Part shown: piece by piece, positions 10,726-23,459 of the stretch
Position numbering within the stretch: the first letter of the stretch is position 1
How the letters are laid out: every line of letters begins with the position of its first letter
Assembly (NCBI RefSeq): GCF_001194135.2
Contig: NC_068989.1
Span: forward strand, 60,544,194 to 60,587,451
Length of the DNA stretch: 43,258 nucleotides
Direction of reading: 5' to 3'
Source: Octopus bimaculoides
Taxonomy: Eukaryota
Translations under genes and position numbers: made by a program
The notes under the pieces: generated by a model
Databases searched by the model: none
Told to the model about the DNA's origin: nothing
Seen by the model: the letters and a program-made list of their open reading frames with translations, nothing else

Positions 10726-12699
10726 TATATATATATATATATATATATATGTGTGAAAATTACGTAATACAGTTTTTTTAAAGGATTTTTTTTCAAATTA
10801 ATGTTTCAAAGAAGTTGTAAAATCATTTATCGGGTTGTTACTAACCTTTTTGGAAGAAATCTTTTTTTCCTATTTTGTGTGTGCACTTTCGATTAACCTA
10901 TTGAATCACACGTGCTCTTGATTAATGCGGGGAAGAGGAAGTTATTTTTGTAGTAGTGGTAGTATTAATTATTTCCGGTTTATTTTCCTTGTCATATATA
11001 TTATTTTATTGCCATAAATATACTTTTAACTTTATTTATTTTATGGAGTGATAGCTATTTTCGAGTTACCAACCACCTAGACCTTATTCAAGCCTTACGT
11101 GCTCATCCCTACATAACACTGAAGAGATGGAGGTAACCTGGAAGAATTCGTTGCGTCTTGGCAGAAACAGCCGTAAGGAACTAGCATCCACACACCCATT
11201 CGGTTTTACTGACAATCTGTTCAGTTACTCATTTGCTCATTTGCTCATCTACTCAATTCATCATCTGTTCCTCTATTGCTTATATGCTTCCACACCCTTG
11301 TTTTTGCAATTACAACTCTTCCTATTTGATAATCTATACCACTAATACATATGTATATATTCATCTAACAGATTGGAATAAATAGACACACTGGAATGTT
11401 TACCGGCTGATGTCTGTTGATTTTGTATCCTCTCTACATTCTTATTTGCCGAATAAGTCAAGGGTAAACCATTTTTATCCCCGCCAATATATAACACTCA
11501 ACCGTAAAATTGCCCCGCAATAACTAGCAGTTTGGTATGAATAATTGGGTACACTACCAGCAGTATATTGGATAGTTACTATCCCTTAGTTGGTTCCTCA
11601 ACCTCTAAATCACATTGATATATATATATATATATATATATATTGCAGTGTCACGTTTCCGGTCATGAGACTGGATATCTAAATATGGAAAGAAATTACT
11701 GGTGTTTATTTCATTAAAATGGCTGAATAGAAAATATCTCAATTTCGTGTTCCGTACTTTAAATAACAGTAAAAGCCTCAAAATGGAATGTAGGTAGCTG
11801 GAGCTTAAGTTTCATATTATCCATGCAGTTAATAATAACAAACTCCCTGAAGTGATAATTCTAAAATATAAGCAAGAGTCAATTCATGAATTACAGTGAT
11901 GCCAATTAGATGAAATTTTTGAAGACACTTTATCGTAATGGTATGACCTCCATAATGAGAAGTTTTTAGATTTAAAACGCCTCAAGAGTGAATTAGTGTT
12001 TCGTTGAATAATATTAGATGATGTAAGTTTTTCCACTTAGTGTAAGGGACACTTACACATTTGTTTTTAATTTGAAGAGCGCACACCGAACCTTAATTAT
12101 CTCAGCCATATTTTTAATTGATGACAACGATTATGTAGATAGTTGCAATATAAATGCTCATAAATTGGTGTCAGTCTAGCACATGTGATAGAGTATCACC
12201 TTGCTAATGGCTTTCAAGAGATAATGTAGATAAAAGCATGTCTTAAATACTTTCTTGAGGTATTGAATTAATAGCTATTATACCTGACATCTTATAGTAT
12301 AGATAGATAGCTAAAATAAATGGTAGAAAAACTGTTGCTGAATACAAAATCAAGGATCGTGATGTGAGTTGAACAAGACGGGAAGTACTTAACTAAATAT
12401 AAATATGTAACATTGGCAAAAAGCCGAAGTTTTATATGTGCACTTCCCTTGAAAGACAAACACTGTGAAAGATAAACACCGAACATGGACTTCAATGATT
12501 TAAATACAGAATAACAGAATTACTAAGTTAAACACTGGAAACAACAATGACTCGAATGATTTGAAATAACTAGACACTATTATTTATTTAGTCTGGTGGT
12601 TTTGAAAGGAGAAAACAATTCTGATTACCGTGGACAAAGAGAGCGTTACTTGTTTCTGCACTGCTTTTTTTTTTAGCATCTGTCTCCTGTTTAACTAAT

Positions 12700-12910
12700 T
12701 GGTTTCAAATTTTAGCAAGCAATTTCGTGGGTTGAGTAAGTCAATTACTTCGACCCCAGTCCTCAACTGGTTCTTATTTTATCGACTCCGAAAGGATATA
12801 AAAAAAGAGTTAACTGAGGAGGAATTTCAACTCAGAACGTAAGGACGGACAATATACCACTAAGCAGTTTGCCTGGCGAGCTGATGAGTGTTGTAGCTTG
12901 CTGTCTTATA
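12700..12910 (-). mobile_element. tRNA-derived SINE (second family), degenerate
   Basis: The minus strand reads aagacagcaagctac...ttacgttctgagttgaaattcc...gagtcgataaaataagaaccagttgaggactggggtcgaag, with a B-box-like motif and the gataaaataag...tggggtcga core seen in other SINEs here. Confidence 0.75.
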
Positions 12911-14685
12911 CCAGTTAACTCATGATTACAAATATTAATCAATATTACTTCAACTTTTCCAATAATTTAAACGTAATATTATGATAAAGCACTTGTTGAA
13001 TTTAATCAGAACTACAATAACAATCAAAAAAACAACATCAACAATAATAATAGACTTAGAAGTGTGAATAAGTAAACAAGCAAAACCAAATATGTATTAT
13101 CTAGATTTGTAGCAATCGCTTATAAAGGATGGTGCTTTGATAAGTAGCAACAAATATGAAACTAGTATTCGTATGTAAGTTAATCTGGCACGATATTAGG
13201 CGTACATATTTAAAAATGGAAGGGAGAATTTGAATCGTAGTATTGGAGTTATTACAAAAAAAAAGGAAAGGTGGGAATAGTTAGCAAAGATAGATAAGAG
13301 CTGAATTTGTCACATAGTAGCCTCGAATATTAGTAATGTTGTGGATAGCTATAAAAGATATGAGAATCCATATGTAAAGTACTAGTTGAAAATACATAAG
13401 AGCTGATAACAATTAGATTTGTAAATAAATAAGGCATCTAATTATCACCCTAGCAGTTCCGTAATATGTGTGTGCATGCGGATGTGTGTGTGTGCATGTG
13501 TATGTGTGTGTGCATGTGTGTGTATGTGTATTTGTGTACGCGTGTACGAGTATGTGTAAAAATAGGACCTCATTATCAAACGTGTTCGACAGTTTCTATA
13601 ACGTTTCATTTCAAGATCTAGTTGCTATTTCTAGCGAGAACGATCGGCGACGCAGAGGCTCTTCTCGTGCTTCATTAAACCAACAGAGACAATTGTAGAT
13701 AGGTCATTGACAACAGATTTCCCGTTACGATGTTTTTACTAAAGTTGACCAATGAAATTATATTGAATCTTATATCTCAATTTTAGTTTATATACTTTTT
13801 TTTTTACTTCCATCTAATTATCATGCGTTGATTTTGCTTAATGGATGACAGCGCATCAGGAAATAGACGTATCTATCTGAATAGAAGGATTCCTGTTGAA
13901 ATCTTCAGTTCATTTATATATTTTAATTGGACAAAGTTTGTGCCAATGTCTTAAAAGTGTAATTGACAGCAATCCTCATATGACTCCTCGGTTTCTTTCC
14001 TGCCAAATACATGTTGGGCAAGCACAACATGTTATTTGGCAGGTAATTTCACAGAGAAAACTCTATGGTAATGTAGGGTAACGCAATAGAAGTGGAACAG
14101 AAATATCAGAAACGTGCTACAGAATTTCTGTTTTTTTTTTATTTAGAAATATAAAGTGAGAGCTAAGTTTTGTTTCCTTCAAACAAGTGCAGTATCAGTT
14201 ATTCTTAGGAATATTTTATTTTTGCTGTAAAAATTTAAATCTATCATATAATTATTTTGAGGCTTATAAAAAGAAAATCTATTTTACATATAAATTACAG
14301 AATTCAGCCAGTGAATACAGGTTCAGTATGAAAACAGACACTCATATAAATACATAGATACACACACATACACGCAATTAAACGCACATACACGCATATA
14401 TACGCACACACAGAGACAGACATACAGACAGACATACATACAGACATACAGACATAGGCGAAACTGTAAAACTGTTGACTTCGCTATTTATCACTATAGA
14501 TATAGGAGTCGTAAGAGGTGAAGGAGGAGGAAAGAAAAACAGGATAGCATGAAAGCGAGGTAGATTCAATGACAAGAAAAGCATGTGTTTGTAATATATA
14601 TACGTATATACACACACACACTCACACGAACACAGATACAGGCGCGCGCACACACATACCCATACATGTATATATATAAATAAAT

Positions 14686-15075
14686 GCGCGAGACAGTGAG
14701 TGGTGAGAAGTTCGTTTCTCAATCACGTGGTCCTGGGATCAGTCCCACTCCGTGGTTTGGCAAGTTTCTTCTACTATAGCTATGCGTTGTGAATGGGTTT
14801 GGTAAACAGAAATAGAAAGAAGTCTGTCGTATACATGTGAGTGCATGTCTTCGTATTCGTGTTTGTACTCCACCACCGCCTGAGAACCGGTGTTGTTTTG
14901 TTTATGGTCCCGTAATATAGCGGTTATACAAAAGAGGCTAGGAGAATAAATACAGAGCTTAAGAAAAGTAAGTACTGCAGTCGATTTGTTCGACAAAACA
15001 CTTCAAGGTGTTCCCCTAGTATAGGGTTCCCCTAGTATGGCGTTCCTCCAGTATGCCGCATTCCCAGAACTAGAA
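14686..15075 (+). mobile_element. tRNA-derived SINE, full length, degenerate
   Basis: tRNA-like head (...gggatcagtcccact...), ttcttctactatagc, agaaagaagtctgtcgtat and gtcgatttgttcgac motifs. Same family as 10171-10568. Confidence 0.8.
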
Positions 15076-15114
15076 CAAGTAGAAGCTGAAAAATAAAAAA
15101 AATGTTCATAAATG

Positions 15115-17830
15115 TGTTTCTGGAGGCTAGATATTCTTTCCATATGCATTTAGATGTCTTGTTTAATGCAGGCCACGTCTCACTACTAGTGTACCTGTCT
15201 CTCTTTGGCAGTTCTCATCTCCTGTTTCTTATCTATTTCTAAAGCATGATTCTGGAGCATGTTTGAAACTAACCCAGTCATTCTAATGGGTTCAAGCTAC
15301 TTCATTTCTCCCCTTATTTCCAGCTTCTCAACAACCCATTAATTTGTTCTAATGTAGACTCTTTTTTTCGGCTGTCTTTCCATGTCATGCTCAGAATTCT
15401 ACAAAAGCATCTAGTTTGGAATACTGATATTGTCATCCTAATGTATTCTGAGAGTATCCATATCTCGCATACATGCAATACAACTGCAGTTTAATAGATT
15501 GAAACTGTTTTTGTTCCGATATACGTCTTACTCTATACAAAATGTTCGATTGCTAATACAATTTACCGCTTTATCTCGGTTTCATTGATAATAAAGCCCA
15601 AGTAAGTGACTGCATCCATTGATTACAACTGAACCAATGTCACTGATTTCGACTGCAGCAATATTTATATCATAGGGTATGAGCACTCGGCGAATAGTTC
15701 TTCTATCACCCTAACCCACCTTTGTTTCACACTTGTTTTCATTATATCTTATTTACTATGTAATTCTCTTATGATATCAAATAATTTACCTTTTAAACAT
15801 GCTAACAAGTTAACACTGGATCAAACTGTATTCTCAAAATCCTCTTGCGAATATGCCATTATTTGGACAAAATATATATTTACATGACTCAGTGATAGTA
15901 GACGTATCGGTCTGACTGTCTAACCATTTCTGTGTTTCTATGTTCAGAATTCCACAACGATAATTATCATTGTTTTGCAATCTTACAATTAGATGCACCG
16001 AGATATAATTCTTCATGATACTACAGTTGCTTCAACTGATATTATATCAAATACAAATTTTAAAAGCGACAAATGTGTTGTATATTTAACTTGAATAGCC
16101 ATTAAATTTCTCAGTTACGACTCCTAAGTTAGTTATGTGTTCTGCAGTTGTGTCACCTTGATCTTCATCAATAATACCATTTCATATTCTTGAGTGCTTT
16201 ATCAAATTCTTACTTTCCATTCTTGCTTCGAGTTGTAAAGATTGGTCGAATTAGTTTTAAAAGGTTAATTGAATAGTTCCTTCATTTTTTTCTGCACATT
16301 GCCACGTTTGTCTATAGAAGCAATCGTTGCAGACTTTTTCTCGCGTTATTTCTAGAGTTATTTCTCTTAATCTCCACACACAAGTCATGGCATTAATTCT
16401 CCTTAGCCACTTACTTTTATTTTAAGAATTCAATATTTGCAGCTGCATATTTTTTGATATCTATATCATTGGAATTCTTCTGGGACTTTAGCGCAATTCT
16501 TTCTTCCCTCCTGTTTAAACTGTGGTTCATCATTCAATACTCTCTTTTCATCCATGCATTGCTTACAATTGTATTGGCAGTTTTATTAGATTCTGTGTGA
16601 ACGTTTGCGTTAGTTCTTCAATAATTGCATCTTTCCTCTCCAGTAGTGGAGCGAACCGATCTGTAATTTCTGCGATAAATTATTTTTTGATTTACTGCAA
16701 TTTTAAAATGATCAGTTTTGTGTTTCGCCATCATTATCTTTCTTATTATCCTTATCTTAGCTATATACTTCAATTTCATCTTTATGACTATGGTCACTGT
16801 CGATATGTGCATCTGGAAAGCTAGTTTTATTTCCAATAATGAATGATGCACCACGATTGTCATCCAAAATATAATCAATCTACGGTTTTGTGATGCTATC
16901 TGGTTCTGTATACTTTTCCTTGTGTCTTTTGTTTTCTGCCATTACGTTTAGCGATTTGACATTTTTGGTAGCTTCAGTTCTTGATCAATGGTTGTATCAA
17001 GCCAAGATTTATCAACGCTCCTTGCCTTGAAAATAAGATTCAGTGACACTATTGCGTTCCAGTCTCCTATGATTACTTTTATTTCTATCCTTACACTTGG
17101 TCAATGTTGTATTAGAATATCTCGACTTCACTGTCTCGATTTTACTTCAAAACTGAAGGAATATACTTACATAATTTTCACATTTACGGTGTGGCATTTC
17201 TTCCAGTTCATCTGTTGCGGATGTTCACTGGCTAACAATCTTACACCAGGTTCACTGTGGATATATGCAGCTCCAGTACAAAAGCTTAAGCATGTTTATT
17301 GTATTCCGTAGTAGAGCATGTATCCATTGTCGATATTTTTTCACCTGAGGTTAGCCATCACATTTCTACAGGACCAATATTGTTTCGTTTATATCTCCCC
17401 TTCTGGTATTTCAATTCTTGGAATTTGTCTCTTCATTCGCAGGTTTCTAATGTTCCAGATTTCAAGTGTTATCTCCCTCTTTGTTTGCTGAAGTTTAAGA
17501 TGTTTTACTTTGCGCAGCAGCAAAATGTGTTCGGTCCATTCCGATGCATTACAGTACAGACGCTACCGATAATTAGTCAGGTTCCAAGCGATCTGGTATA
17601 GAAATAATTCTCGGTGTAATAGCTATTCAAGTGTTTCACGAGGCATGCGTCTCTTCCCCAGAAATACGAATACTGTTCGCACTTAGCTTATCCAATTTCG
17701 ATGAGTTATGTCGTGTAACTTATTGAATGGACACTTGACGTCTCCACTAAGCAAGACCAGTAGTTGCCGGTTTAGTTACAGACTACACGATCATTAGAAG
17801 GTCGTACTGGATTACAAAGCTATCAGTATC
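15115..17830 (-). mobile_element. RTE-clade LINE, near full length, heavily decayed
   Basis: The minus strand carries APE endonuclease motifs (WNIRNL, EM*WLTSGE, VIIGDWNAIV, IDYIL...FPDAHIDSDH) and RT/C-terminal remnants (GVRQ-like, FAE for FADD, DAVTYLGFII, FQTRCFCRILSMTWKD). It has many stops and frameshifts. Confidence 0.85.
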
Positions 17831-17841
17831 AGGACTGTTAC

Positions 17842-17954
<113 letters not shown>

Positions 17955-19301
17955 TGTGTGTGTGTGTGTATGTGTGTGTGTGTGTATGCGTGCCTGCGTG
18001 CACATACATACAAACACGTATGCATATACAATATATATGCGTATATTTATACGTATATATGTGTGTGTCTGTGTGTGTCTGTGTGTGAGTGCGCGTGTGT
18101 GTATGTGTGTAAGTGTGTGTATACTGGGGAATAGAGAGTGGAAAAATGAAAATTAAAGTGTGTGGTAGACAATGAGACAGATTGAGAGAGAAGAAAAAAT
18201 CGATGCTAGTTTCTTTCATCAATTGAGTGATAAATGATTGTTTTGCAAAAACAGAAAAGTTTTCTCATGGACATTTATCAATGTTGGTAGAAATAAAATG
18301 GGATGTTTGAAAGTTTTATTCTTTGTATTATGAATATATTTGAAGTTTGCGTCTGCTGCATATATTTTTCGTACCGTGGTATTATATCTCAATATTTCCG
18401 ACTATTTTATAAAACGAAATATATTTGCTTCAATTATTTTCCTTCTACATTTTCTTTTCTTAACAATGTATGAAATACTAGTCTGAATGTTGCATTGTTG
18501 TTCGATCTAGCATCATAATATTTATCGATTTGTAATTATCAATCCATATTTTCTACTTTGTATACCTAAAAGATATAATCTAACTTGTCGTCGCAGACTT
18601 TCACCAAGCTTTTTTTTTACCTTGTATTTCTTTTAAATACCCATCATCTCTATTTGAAAAGTGTTTATCCTGTTGCGAAATTAGTATAAAAATATACGTC
18701 AAATGGTTGGAAACATATATTCATTAAGTGTATAATTTTGTGTGATATACGAAAGAAATTATTTTGTTAAATATATAAATATATTCTTATTTTTCTCTGG
18801 GGCAGGCTATCATTCAGAAGAATCAAACATTTTATAGATTTAAGATCTGTCGAAAGACTTCAAAAATATAATAATTTCAGATATAGACAGCAGATGTTTT
18901 ACTCATCTCACTGATGTCAATATCTCTAATATTGGCATTTCACCAAGAGAGAGTTAGTAAAACCCACAATCTGTGAACAGATTTTACACAGTTTATGTGC
19001 TTAGAAGTGCTATGAGTTCAAATTAAAAACTACCAATAAAAGGTAGCGAATTGGCGAAATTGTTAGACCATAATACAAAGTGGTTTGCGTTGAGTACAAT
19101 CCCGACATGGCTTTAGGCAGTAAACTTAAAACGCTGTCCTGTTTACCACCACCATCCAGCACCTGAGGTGCCGTTGGGGGGAGTCAACACAGCTGTAAGC
19201 ATTCAGAAAAGGTCTTCGGTTTGTGGTTACCGTGCTCCCTCTCTCACTGCCATAAGTTGCGGAGACCTTGTAAAAGGTCATAATCACTGCCTTCTCTCCT
19301 G

Positions 19302-19305
<4 letters not shown>

Positions 19306-19351
<46 letters not shown>

Positions 19352-19400
19352 ACACACACGCACACTAACACACATATATCTATATATGTATATATATAAA
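19306..19400. repeat. (CA)n microsatellite tract
   Basis: Read directly from the sequence. Confidence 0.9.
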
Positions 19401-20182
19401 TGAATCGACCATCATCAGCCTGCAAGACCAATTCCATCCGAGTAATTCTATGTGGTTGTTTGATGAGGTAAAATCACAATATTTCGACCATTACGATATT
19501 TAACTTCAAACCTTGATTTAAGAAGAAATATTTTTAGTAATAAAGTTGAAATGCCCCAGGTTAATAGAATGACCAAAATAGTTCAGTGCATAATTAATTT
19601 GTATTCCATTGTGACGAATTCTGCAAAATAATTTCTCATTTCACAAGCTTACAGTGTTGAGTAACATAATCCGTTTAAAGGAGCTTTCACATACATTCTG
19701 AAATATTAAATCTTTACTGACGCACATTATCGCTAGTTTTCTGGTGATTCTACTGTTCCGTTCTTAGCTTTTGATTTTTTATTTACGTTTATTTGCTCCC
19801 TAGCATTTGCGGCTTTTAACCTGATTTTATCGTTATCATGACTATTCTATTCTCCCACAAAAAGTCCGTATCGGTGCCGTTAATTATTTTAATTATTTTG
19901 TATCCGCACACTCACTATCATCGAACAAATGTGGAACTAACATTTCAGCTTGTTTTATATAATATATATCAAATTTTTGTTTCTTATTAAGTTATCAGTT
20001 GTAGTTGTTTAGGACAAGGCCAACTCTCACATATAGTAACGGCTTTACCAACTTGATCATTCAATCTTTCTATGGCTGTCTAATACTACAATCGCTATTC
20101 TGAGGTTGTAAGGTGAGATGTAAATGATTCCTAGCAGATCAATTAACAACGCAGAAGAACTCTCGTTTGCTATCTCTCTTTG

Positions 20183-20310
20183 TGCATCTATCTATCTATC
20201 TATCTATCTATCTATATATCTATCTATCTATCTATCTATCTATCTACCTGTGTGTCTGTCTGTGTGTCTATCTGTGTGTCTGTCTGTGTGTCTGTCTGTG
20301 TGCCTGTCTA
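20183..20310. repeat. (TCTA)n/(TGTC)n tetranucleotide tract
   Basis: Read directly from the sequence. Confidence 0.9.
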
Positions 20311-20560
20311 TATATGTTCCGTCTATAGGGGCATTCTTACTAGATTGTCTAAAGCTGTTTTCACAGCTATTGTAAAAACGTCAACGCACTCAAAGCTTCA
20401 ATGTTTGTTTCTAAAAATGTTTTCATATATGTGTGTGTTTTCGTTTGTTTGTTTGTGCATGCATGTGTGTGTGCGCGCGTGTGGGTGAGTGCGTGTGCGT
20501 GTGCACATGTTTATTTGTCTTCAGTCCTATTTAAATTAATGCATTGAGCTATGCGTAAGT

Positions 20561-20565
<5 letters not shown>

Positions 20566-20607
<42 letters not shown>
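20566..20607. repeat. (TA)n microsatellite
   Basis: Read directly from the sequence. Confidence 0.95.
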
Positions 20608-20611
<4 letters not shown>

Positions 20612-20879
20612 TTTGTGATTGTTTGTTTATTTCTACGTGCTTTACTAAATGCAAAGCTACGACCCTTTTATCTGTTCGTGTTCATGAATGTCTGTATCCT
20701 TTCTCTACTTAACATTTAAGACTCTTAGAGGCTTCTTACCCGAAGATGACATTAACTATTATCTCTGATACATCTTCATTGTATTGTCTCTCTTTTCCGT
20801 TTCCCATCTATTCCTGTCTCTCTCTCTATTTCAAGCCTTTTCTCTCTTACTTGTTTTTATTTTTTACAACCTATTTTCC

Positions 20880-20962
20880 TATATATGCATACACACATAT
20901 AAAAATACATACATACATGCATACACACTCACACACATATATATATACATACATGTATACAT

Positions 20963-21005
<43 letters not shown>

Positions 21006-21006
21006 C

Positions 21007-21052
<46 letters not shown>
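20880..21052. repeat. Compound (CA)n/(TA)n tract
   Basis: Read directly from the sequence. Confidence 0.9.
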
Positions 21053-21054
21053 GT

Positions 21055-21150
21055 AAACAATTGCAGCGTGGAAGGTGTTTATAAGCCATTGAAGAAAGAC
21101 ACAAAAACCATTAGATTCACTTCAACATTTAAATTTAATTTGTCAGTGAA
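21055..21150. repeat. Fragment of an interspersed repeat I recall as high-copy in octopus (class uncertain, possibly Penelope-like)
   Basis: gaaggtgtttataagccatt...aaaaccattagattcacttcaacatttaaatttaatttgtc, recognised from memory only. Confidence 0.35.
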
Positions 21151-21204
21151 CAAATCTGCAAGACCTTAGAATTTAAAGGATGATAGTTAAAATTCTTTCA
21201 TTTA

Positions 21205-21447
21205 NNNNNNNNNNNNNNNNNNNNNNNNNNNNNNNNNNNNNNNNNNNNNNNNNNNNNNNNNNNNNNNNNNNNNNNNNNNNNNNNNNNNNNNNNNNNNNNN
21301 NNNNNNNNNNNNNNNNNNNNNNNNNNNNNNNNNNNNNNNNNNNNNNNNNNNNNNNNNNNNNNNNNNNNNNNNNNNNNNNNNNNNNNNNNNNNNNNNNNNN
21401 NNNNNNNNNNNNNNNNNNNNNNNNNNNNNNNNNNNNNNNNNNNNNNN
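21205..21447. other. Assembly gap (N)
   Basis: Run of N. Confidence 1.
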
Positions 21448-21480
21448 GTGGAAGTCCAAACATTACGTATGGGATGACCT

Positions 21481-21511
<31 letters not shown>

Positions 21512-21532
21512 ATGCATATACATAGTTATATA

Positions 21533-22818
21533 TCAGGTCATCCCATACGTAATGTTTGGACTTCCACATTTTCAATTTGTAAATGCTTTAACACTATTTT
21601 AGAATGTCTAATGGCATCAAGTAATGTATATATGTATTTGGACATATCTAAAGGAATTAAATTTCATTTTGGATGAGTATCTAACAGAAATTTTACTAAT
21701 TATAGCTCTTCAAATATGGAAGTGTCTAAGGAGCATTTGAGGCACATAATGCCTGATGAGTTTAAAAAAATGGAACTCTGCAGCTGAAGCAACTCGAAAT
21801 ATGCACTCATCTTATGGAGAGGAGTGCCCAGATGAAAGAGCTTGCAGAAAATGGTTTGTAAAATTCAGAAGTGGAGATTCCCGCCTTGAAGATGAGGCCC
21901 GAACAGGACACCCAAATGAGTCTGAAGACAAGCTCCTTTTGGGAGAACTTGAAACATATCAAGCATTTTTAATTTTAAGAATTGGCAAGCAAGCTTCATT
22001 CAAGTCATACAACTGCTCACCGCCATCTTCAACAGCTTGGAATGGTCCCAGAACTCGGGAAAAGGGAGCCACATGATTTGTCTGAAGCCAACTGCAAAAC
22101 TCCTGTGGACATCTGCTCCTCTTTTCTTTCTCGTGAACTCATCTCACACTTTTTGAAGGGACTGGTGACCGGAGATGAAAAATAACTCTGATATCAAAAT
22201 GTTAAGCGTCGTAGACATTAGCTTGGCGAAGGGGAAAACGTTCAACAACAATCGCAAAAGGGAACTCCATGGGAAGAAGATTCTTCCCTCTGTTTGCTGG
22301 GATTGAAAGGAGTCAGCCACTTTGAGTTGCTGCCAACTAATGCAACAATCAATGCTCCAATCTACTGTCAGCAATTAGTGCATTTGAACGTTGCTTTCAA
22401 GTAAAAGGCTTGTTTTAGTGAATCGAAAAGGAGTGATGTTTCATCAGGACAATGCAAAACCCAACATTTTAAAGATCACATCACAAATCATCGAGGAACT
22501 TGGCCGGAAGAAAATTGTTCATCCACCTTATTCACCAGACCTTGCCCCTTCCGATTACCATCTTTTCCGTAGTTTACTGAATCATTTGGATGGATTAATT
22601 CTCGAAACAACTGAGGTAGTCGAAACAGAGTTTTCAGAGTTCTTCTTTTCGAAACCGAAAGATCTTTCCACTAATGGGATTGTAAAGCTTACGAGCAGAT
22701 GGAAAGATGTCATAGATAGTCATGGAGACTATATTGACAATGAAGTTTCATTAAAATGTAAGATTCGATCACTTATTTTCCTTATTTATAATCTGGACAT
22801 TACTTGTGGGATGACCTG

Positions 22819-22819
<1 letters not shown>
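21533..22819 (+). mobile_element. Full-length mariner (DD34D) transposon with both TIRs and TA target duplication
   Basis: The left TIR tcaggtcatcccatacgtaatgt matches the reverse complement of the right end (tcaggtcatcccacaagtaatgt). TA lies at 21531-32 and 22820-21. The element is 1287 bp. Confidence 0.95.
21716..22745 (+). pseudogene. Mariner transposase pseudogene (frameshifted)
   Basis: MEVSKEHLRHIM...NSAAEATRNM...RKWFVKFRSGD..LEDEARTGHP; GLVTGDEK (D1); HQDNAKP (D2); HPPYSPDLAPSDYHLF (D3), with 34 residues between D2 and D3. The ORF is split across frames. Confidence 0.93.

Positions 22820-22820
<1 letters not shown>

Positions 22821-22881
<61 letters not shown>
22821..22881. repeat. 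(CA)n microsatellite running into a gap
   Basis: Read directly from the sequence. Confidence 0.95.
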
Positions 22882-23005
22882 NNNNNNNNNNNNNNNNNNN
22901 NNNNNNNNNNNNNNNNNNNNNNNNNNNNNNNNNNNNNNNNNNNNNNNNNNNNNNNNNNNNNNNNNNNNNNNNNNNNNNNNNNNNNNNNNNNNNNNNNNNN
23001 NNNNN
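22882..23005. other. Assembly gap (N)
   Basis: Run of N. Confidence 1.
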
Positions 23006-23037
<32 letters not shown>

Positions 23038-23422
23038 CATTTATATGCCGTTCTTTGGAGTCATTACGCCAATAATAATAAACATACGCAGAGGTTCAGT
23101 TCCACTATTTTATTGTTAGTCAATTGGTTAAATATCTAAACAATTAACTAATCGATCATTTGTTTAATGTGGTAGTTAAACAACCAGTCGTTAAACAGTC
23201 AATCGTTAGTTACACAATCAATCGTTTGTTTGTTAGTAAATGCTCTTTCGTCGATGTTCTCGACATTTTCAATGACTTAGTGACTTCCCCTTTCGCTCCA
23301 GCGTCTGTGAGGACGGCTCTGAGCCAGTCTGAGAATTGGTCTCATGTCTATATGTATGCATGCTTGTATATGCGTCTGTAGATATGCGTATACTTAAAAG
23401 AAAGGGTAATGGAATAAAGAGG

Positions 23423-23459
<37 letters not shown>

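Noticed and set aside
11110-11148. Short minus-strand segment with an AG acceptor and CAC|GTAAGG donor
   Set aside because: Too short and frame-ambiguous; expected by chance at this density.
20013-20111. Plus-strand exon-like segment (ttgtttag|...AAG|GTGAGA)
   Set aside because: All three frames have stops and there is no linked partner exon. A non-coding exon cannot be excluded.
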